Both the position numbers and the translations under genes were made by a program. Positions 6,856-12,274 of a stretch of 12,274 nucleotides of DNA are shown piece after piece. Numbering within the stretch: position 1 is the stretch's first letter; each line of letters begins with the position of its first letter. The DNA lies in NCBI GenBank assembly GCA_041492755.1, contig JBGPXN010000137.1, positions 1 to 12,274 on the forward strand, given 5' to 3'. The DNA comes from Candidatus Methylomirabilia bacterium (lineage in GTDB: Bacteria; Methylomirabilota; Methylomirabilia; Rokubacteriales; CSP1-6). The notes beneath the pieces are model-generated. The model saw only the letters and a list, made by a program, of their open reading frames with translations. It had not been told where the DNA came from and did no database searches.

Positions 6856-9800
6856 GTGGCGAGCGGCGACGAGACGCGCGCGCGGGTCCGGCGCCTGGCG
6901 GCGGCGGCGACGGCGCGCGCGCGCCGGGGAGATCCTCGCCTCGTGGAGCGCCTGCGCGGCCCGCAGCACACCCTCGACGCTGCGTCTCGATGGTTCGCCG
7001 CGGGCGGCCCCGGAACGGATCGGCCGGCCGCGGAGTGGCTGCTCGACAACGACTACATCGTCGAGCGCGCCTTCCGGCTGGTTCGCGAAGAATTCCCGCC
7101 TGCGTTCGAGCGCCGGCTGCCGCGCCGCGCCACCGGTGATCTCCGCGGGTACCCCGTCGCGTACGCGCTGGCTTGTGAGATCGTGACGGCCGGCGCGCAT
7201 CACGTCGACGTGGACGCGCTCGCGGGCCTCGCCGCCGAGTTCCAGACAGTCCGCCCGCTGTCGATGGCGGAGGTCTGGGCGCTGCCGATACTGCTCCGTG
7301 TCGTCCTGCTCGAGTCTCTGGCGAGCGCCGCTGCCCGGGCGCTCGCCGGGGAGGGGATGGTGGGCGAGGGGCCGGCCGACCAGATCGTGGCGAGCTGCAT
7401 CCGGAGCCTGCGAACCCTGGAAATCACGGACTGGAAGACATGCTTCGAACAGGTCAGCGAGAGCGATCGCATCCTGCGCGAGGATCCGGGGGGCATCTAC
7501 GCCCGCATGGACTTCGAAACGCGCGACCGGTACCGCAAGGTCGTGGAGGATCTGGCCGAGCGCAGCGACTGGCCGGAGGAAGCCGTGGCGCGCGAGGCGA
7601 TCCGACTCGCGCGCACGGCCGCTCCAGGTCGGCGTGGCCATGTCGGCTACCACCTCGTCGACGATGGCTTCGCGACGCTCGCGCGGATCGTCGGTTATCG
7701 TCCCCGCTGGCGGACGCGAGGGCGACGAGCGCTCTTGCGTCATCCGACGCCCTGCTATCTCGGCGCCGTCGCCGCCGTCGCCGTGCTCCATGTCGCCGTA
7801 CTGGTCACCGCGCTGCTCCTTGCCGGAAGCGGAGTGCTTCTCGTGGCCGCAGCGGCGGCGCTGGCCGTCGTCCCGGCCGCGACGGTGGCGGTGAGCGTGG
7901 TCAACCTCCTCATCACTCAACTGATTCCCCTGCGGATCCTGCCGAAGATGGACTTCCGCAAGGGGATTCCCGTCGATGCCCGAACCATGGTGGCGGTCTC
8001 GGTCCTCGTCGCGCCGGGCGATGACCTCTCGCCGCTCCTGTCGCGGCTGGAGATCCACTGGCTCGCCAATGCCGACCCGAACCTGCATCTGGCCCTGGTG
8101 CTGACCTTGTCCGACGCACCCACCGAGACGGTCCCGGGTGACGACGCCCTGCTCCGGCAGGCCGAGGCGGGCGTTCGGGCGCTCAACGCGCGGTATGGCC
8201 ACGGCGACACCGGCCCGTTTCACCTGCTGCACCGCCGGCGACTGTGGAACGCCGGTGAGGGCTGCTGGATGGGCTGGGAGCGTAAGCGCGGGCAACTGAC
8301 CGAGCTCAACCGCCTGCTTGCCGGAGACCAGCAGACCACCTTCGCGGGGCACCTGGGCGATGGCAGCGTCCTGCCCACGATCCCCTTCGTGATCGCGCTG
8401 GACGCCGACACGGAACTTCCCCGCAGTGCCGCCCGCCGCCTCGTCGCGACCCTCGCGCATCCGCTGAACCGGGCCGAGTTCGATCCCGCGACGGAGCGCG
8501 TGACCGCCGGTTACACGGTTCTCCAGCCCCGGCTCGAGGTCACGCCGTTCGGAGCTGCCGCGTCCTGGTTCTCCCGTCTCTTCGCGGGAGACCCGGGGCT
8601 GGACCTCTACACTCGCGCGGCCGCGGACGTGTACCACGACCTTTTCGGTGAGGGCATCTACGCCGGCAAGGGGATCTACGATCCGGTCGCCTTCGAGCGC
8701 AGCCTCCGCGGCCGCGTCCCCGAAAATGCACTGCTCAGCCACGATCTCTTCGAGGGGCTCCACGGCAGGACGGGATCGGTGACGGACGTCGTCCTCTTCG
8801 AGGACTATCCGGCCGACTACCGCCGGTACTGGCGGCGCCTGCATCGCTGGGCCCGCGGGGACTGGCAGCTGTTGCCGTGGCTCGGCCGCCGCGTGCCGGT
8901 CGCGAGCGGCGGACGAGCGCCCAACCGGCTATCGCTGATCTCGCGCTGGAAGATCGTCGACAATCTGCGGCGCACCCTGCTTCCTCCGACGCTGCTCGGC
9001 TTTCTGCTCGTCGGGTGGGTCCTGTTCCCGCGCGCGCCGGCCCTCTGGACAGGCATCGGCGTCCTCGTGCTGGCGACGCCGCTGCTCAGCGAGGCGATGG
9101 GCGGCCTGCTGTCGGCCCATCGCGTGGCGGCGCTGCCGCCGGCCATTCGCGGCGTCACGCTCCGTCTCCGACCCGCGTCGGCACTCTGGCTCTTGCACGT
9201 CGTGTTCCTGCCGCACCGCGCGGTCGTGCTCGCCGACGCGATATTGAGGACGCTCGTCCGCCTGCGCGCGGGCCGCCGCCTCCTCGAGTGGACGCCGGCG
9301 GCACGGACGGCGTCAGGCCTGGCGGGCCGCGACCGCCGGTCGCTCTGGCGAGACATGGCCGCGGCTCCGCTGGTGGCGCTTGCCACGGTCATGCTGCTCG
9401 CCATCGACCGGCCGGCGGCGCTGCCGGCCGCACTGCCCCTGGTGGTCCTCTGGCTCCTCGCGCCCGAGGTCGCCGCCGTCGTGGGCCGGACGTGGCCCGA
9501 GCGAGCGCCGGCGCTGGCAGAGGCCGAGGTCCGCCGCCTCCGTCTCCTGGCGCGGCGTACGTGGCTCTTCTTCGACACGTTCGTGGGACCGGAGGACCAG
9601 TGGCTCCCGCCGGATCACTTCCAGGAGGAGCCGCGTGGCGAGGTCGCGCGGCGAACCTCGCCGACCAACATCGGGCTCCTGCAGCTCGCCACGCTGTCCG
9701 CTCACGACCTCGGCCAGGCCGGGTTGCTCTCGATCGTCCGGCGCCTGCAGAACACGTTCGACACGCTGGAGCGGATGGAGCGCCATCGCGGCCACTTCTA

Positions 9801-12274
9801 CAACTGGTACGACACCCGCGATCTTGCGCCCCTGTCGCCCCGCTACGTCTCCACGGTGGATAGCGGGAACCTCGCGGCCTCGCTGCTGGCCGTGAAGCAA
9901 GGCTGCCGAGAGCTCGTCCATGCACCCATCGTCGACCCGTCCCGCTGGGACGGACTGGTCGACGCGCTCGGTGTCCTGCTCCAGGTCATCGACCGCCGCG
10001 TTCGGCGGCAGGACGTCGCGCGCTTCGCCGCGCTGCGCGCGTGCGTGGCCGGAGCGTGCGAGGAAGCGGCGGCCCTGAAAGGGCAGCGGCGGGCGTGGGG
10101 AGCCGGCATCGCGCGACTCCTCGAGCAGAGCTGCGCCAGGTTCGAGGCGACGCTGCTGTCGGCGATCGCACCAGGCCACGAGGAACTCGACCCGGAGTTG
10201 CTTGCCGAGCTCCGGGTCTGGTCCACCGAGGCGCGCCAGCACCTCGAGGCCATGCGGCGCGATCTCGAGCTCTGCCTTCCGTGGGAGACATCGGGCGCGC
10301 CCGCTTCCGCGCGCGGAGACGGCTGCGCGGAGCTGGCGGAGGCGTGGGCGGCCTTCGACCGATCGCTGCCCGTCGACCCCACGCTGGGCGAGCTGCCCGC
10401 GGCGTGCGACACGGCGAGCGCCGCGCTGTCGTCCGTGCAGAAGCAACTCGAGGCCTTGCCTGCTGACGCGGCCGGCGTGACCGAGGCGCGGGCCCACGCC
10501 GCGCGGCTCCACGAGGCGATCGCACGCGCGGCGGACACCGCGCGGAGCCTGCTCACCACGCTGGCCGGGCTCGCCGGCCGCGCGGAGGCGCTCGGCGAGG
10601 CGATGGACTTCGCCTTCCTCTACGACGAGGGCCGGCACCTGTTCTACATCGGCCACGACGTCACCGCGGACCGTCCGGATGCGCACCATTACGACCTGCT
10701 CGCCTCCGAGGCCCGGATCGCCAGCTTCATCGCCATCGCGAAGGGCGACGTTCCGGAGGAGCACTGGCTCCATCTCGGCCGCCCCTTCTGCCGCGTCGAC
10801 GGCGTCACCGTGCTCCTCTCGTGGGGCGGCACGATGTTCGAGTACCTGATGCCGACGCTGCTGCTGCGCGAGGCGCCGGACAGTCTCATCGGCCGGGCGT
10901 GCGCGGCGGCCGTCCGCACGCAGATCGCGTACGCCGGCCGGCGGAGAGTTCCATGGGGGATGTCGGAGTCGGCGTACTACCGGTTCGATGCCCAGCGCAA
11001 CTACCAGTACCGCGCGTTCGGCGTCCCCGATCTCGGCTTCAAGCGAGGACTGGAGGAGGACGTGGTCGTCGCGCCGTATGCCTGCGTGCTCGCCCTTCCG
11101 TTCGCGCCGGCGGCGGTGCTGGCGAACCTCGATCGGCTGGAGCGCCTCGGCCTCATGGGCCGCTACGGTCTGTACGAGGCGGTGGACTTCACGGGCGCGC
11201 GTCTCGCGGCGGGGACGCCGCACGCCATCGTCCGCTCGTTCATGGCGCACCATCAGGGAATGGTCCTGATCGCGGTGAACAATCTGCTGCACGATGCGCC
11301 GATGGTCCGCCGCTTCCACGCCGACCCCATCGTCCAGACGACGGAAGCCCTGCTGTTCGAGCGCCCGGCCACCGCGGCGCCCGTGAAGCGGACCCGGCTC
11401 GTGCCCGAACCCCGGCGCCCCGCCGTGGCCCGGCAGCCGCCGCTCGAGCCGTGGCGGGCTCGTCCCGACGCGGGTTTCCCCCAGGCTCATGTGCTATCGA
11501 ACGGCCGTTACCGCGCGCTCGTCTCGGATGGCGGCGGGGGCAGCCACTGGGGCGACGTCGCCCTCACGCGCGGGCACGCGGACAGCACCCTCGACGCGCC
11601 CGGGTTCCGGCTGTACGTCCGCGACGCCGAGCGCCGGCTTTCGTGGTCCCTGGCCCCCGGCGATGGCGAGCTGACCTTCTACGCCCACATGGTCGAGCGG
11701 ACTCAGCACGTGCGTGACGTCTCACTTCGCGAGCAGGTCTGCGTGGCGCCGATCGACGACGTCGAGGTGCGGCTGGTGACGGTGCGGAACGAGGCGGCGG
11801 CTCGGCGGCGGCTCGAGATCACGAGCTACGCCGAGGTCGTCGTCGGCGACGCCGCCGAGGATCGGCGGCACCCGGCGTTCAGCAAGCTCTTCGTGGAGAG
11901 CGAGTACCTCGAGGATCTGCACGCCCTCGTGTTCCACCGTCGCCCGCGCTCCGGTCAGGAGGCCGGCGCCTGGCTCGTGCACATGCTGGTCCTGCCGCCC
12001 GGCCGGGCGCGCCCTGCCGGGTACGAAAGCGCGCGGGAACGCTTCATCGGACGCGGACGGACGGAGCGAGCGCCCGCGGCGATCGAGCGGGACGGACGCC
12101 TCGGCGCGGGCATGACGGGCGCGACGCTCGATCCGGTCATGGCGCTGTCGGCAGAGATCGAGCTAGCCGGGCATCGCACCACGACGCTCGGCTACGTGGT
12201 CCTGGCGGCCAGCTCACGCGAGGGCGTCCTGGCCCTTGCCCGCCGCTACCGCTCGCTCCCCAATCTCGAGTGGA
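6856..12274 (+). CDS. ndvB: Cyclic beta-1,2-glucan synthase (Cgs/NdvB/ChvB-like; GT84 + cyclisation domain + start of GH94), 3'-truncated by window edge
   Basis: Hand translation gives a stop-free frame to the window end with AAEWLLDN (7027), WMGWERKRG (8266), DAD (8401), LLSHDLFEG, FEDYP, RLHRWARGDWQ (8836), TM helices, RTSPTNIG, HFYNWY (9793), YDLLASEAR (10690), SWGGTMFEYLMP (10819), LSNGRY (11494), HPAFSKLFVE (11869). Start codon uncertain. Confidence 0.93.
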   Translation, partial: MASGDETRARVRRLAAAATARARRGDPRLVERLRGPQHTLDAASRWFAAGGPGTDRPAAEWLLDNDYIVERAFRLVREEFPPAFERRLPRRATGDLRGYPVAYALACEIVTAGAHHVDVDALAGLAAEFQTVRPLSMAEVWALPILLRVVLLESLASAAARALAGEGMVGEGPADQIVASCIRSLRTLEITDWKTCFEQVSESDRILREDPGGIYARMDFETRDRYRKVVEDLAERSDWPEEAVAREAIRLARTAAPGRRGHVGYHLVDDGFATLARIVGYRPRWRTRGRRALLRHPTPCYLGAVAAVAVLHVAVLVTALLLAGSGVLLVAAAAALAVVPAATVAVSVVNLLITQLIPLRILPKMDFRKGIPVDARTMVAVSVLVAPGDDLSPLLSRLEIHWLANADPNLHLALVLTLSDAPTETVPGDDALLRQAEAGVRALNARYGHGDTGPFHLLHRRRLWNAGEGCWMGWERKRGQLTELNRLLAGDQQTTFAGHLGDGSVLPTIPFVIALDADTELPRSAARRLVATLAHPLNRAEFDPATERVTAGYTVLQPRLEVTPFGAAASWFSRLFAGDPGLDLYTRAAADVYHDLFGEGIYAGKGIYDPVAFERSLRGRVPENALLSHDLFEGLHGRTGSVTDVVLFEDYPADYRRYWRRLHRWARGDWQLLPWLGRRVPVASGGRAPNRLSLISRWKIVDNLRRTLLPPTLLGFLLVGWVLFPRAPALWTGIGVLVLATPLLSEAMGGLLSAHRVAALPPAIRGVTLRLRPASALWLLHVVFLPHRAVVLADAILRTLVRLRAGRRLLEWTPAARTASGLAGRDRRSLWRDMAAAPLVALATVMLLAIDRPAALPAALPLVVLWLLAPEVAAVVGRTWPERAPALAEAEVRRLRLLARRTWLFFDTFVGPEDQWLPPDHFQEEPRGEVARRTSPTNIGLLQLATLSAHDLGQAGLLSIVRRLQNTFDTLERMERHRGHFYNWYDTRDLAPLSPRYVSTVDSGNLAASLLAVKQGCRELVHAPIVDPSRWDGLVDALGVLLQVIDRRVRRQDVARFAALRACVAGACEEAAALKGQRRAWGAGIARLLEQSCARFEATLLSAIAPGHEELDPELLAELRVWSTEARQHLEAMRRDLELCLPWETSGAPASARGDGCAELAEAWAAFDRSLPVDPTLGELPAACDTASAALSSVQKQLEALPADAAGVTEARAHAARLHEAIARAADTARSLLTTLAGLAGRAEALGEAMDFAFLYDEGRHLFYIGHDVTADRPDAHHYDLLASEARIASFIAIAKGDVPEEHWLHLGRPFCRVDGVTVLLSWGGTMFEYLMPTLLLREAPDSLIGRACAAAVRTQIAYAGRRRVPWGMSESAYYRFDAQRNYQYRAFGVPDLGFKRGLEEDVVVAPYACVLALPFAPAAVLANLDRLERLGLMGRYGLYEAVDFTGARLAAGTPHAIVRSFMAHHQGMVLIAVNNLLHDAPMVRRFHADPIVQTTEALLFERPATAAPVKRTRLVPEPRRPAVARQPPLEPWRARPDAGFPQAHVLSNGRYRALVSDGGGGSHWGDVALTRGHADSTLDAPGFRLYVRDAERRLSWSLAPGDGELTFYAHMVERTQHVRDVSLREQVCVAPIDDVEVRLVTVRNEAAARRRLEITSYAEVVVGDAAEDRRHPAFSKLFVESEYLEDLHALVFHRRPRSGQEAGAWLVHMLVLPPGRARPAGYESARERFIGRGRTERAPAAIERDGRLGAGMTGATLDPVMALSAEIELAGHRTTTLGYVVLAASSREGVLALARRYRSLPNLEW

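Noticed and set aside
6745..11490. Long minus-strand ORFs (699 aa, 725 aa) and Arg/Pro-rich alternative-frame ORFs
   Set aside because: All overlap the motif-rich cgs frame on the + strand and are shadow ORFs.

Overview
Very GC-rich bacterial DNA holding a + strand stress/proteostasis and osmoadaptation cluster: CBS-pair protein, FtsH protease, a translationally coupled Cys/His-rich microprotein, OsmC-family protein, an unlisted 47-aa ORF, Hsp20, a secreted protein with 7 perfect RGQDVQAP repeats, a second secreted protein, a GYD-domain protein, a tandem universal stress protein, and the first ~1800 codons of a cyclic beta-1,2-glucan synthase (Cgs/NdvB). The synthase is missing from the ORF track because it runs off the window. 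Four correctly spaced sigma-54 (-24/-12) promoter motifs precede CBS, ftsH, hsp20 and the second secreted gene, suggesting a sigma-54-driven stress island. At 4723-4886 an orphan sigma-70 region-4.2 fragment (- strand) is fused directly to a 48-bp fragment of a diverged GYD homolog (+ strand), which looks like a deletion or recombination scar. Family calls rest on motifs recognised by eye; no database searches were run.
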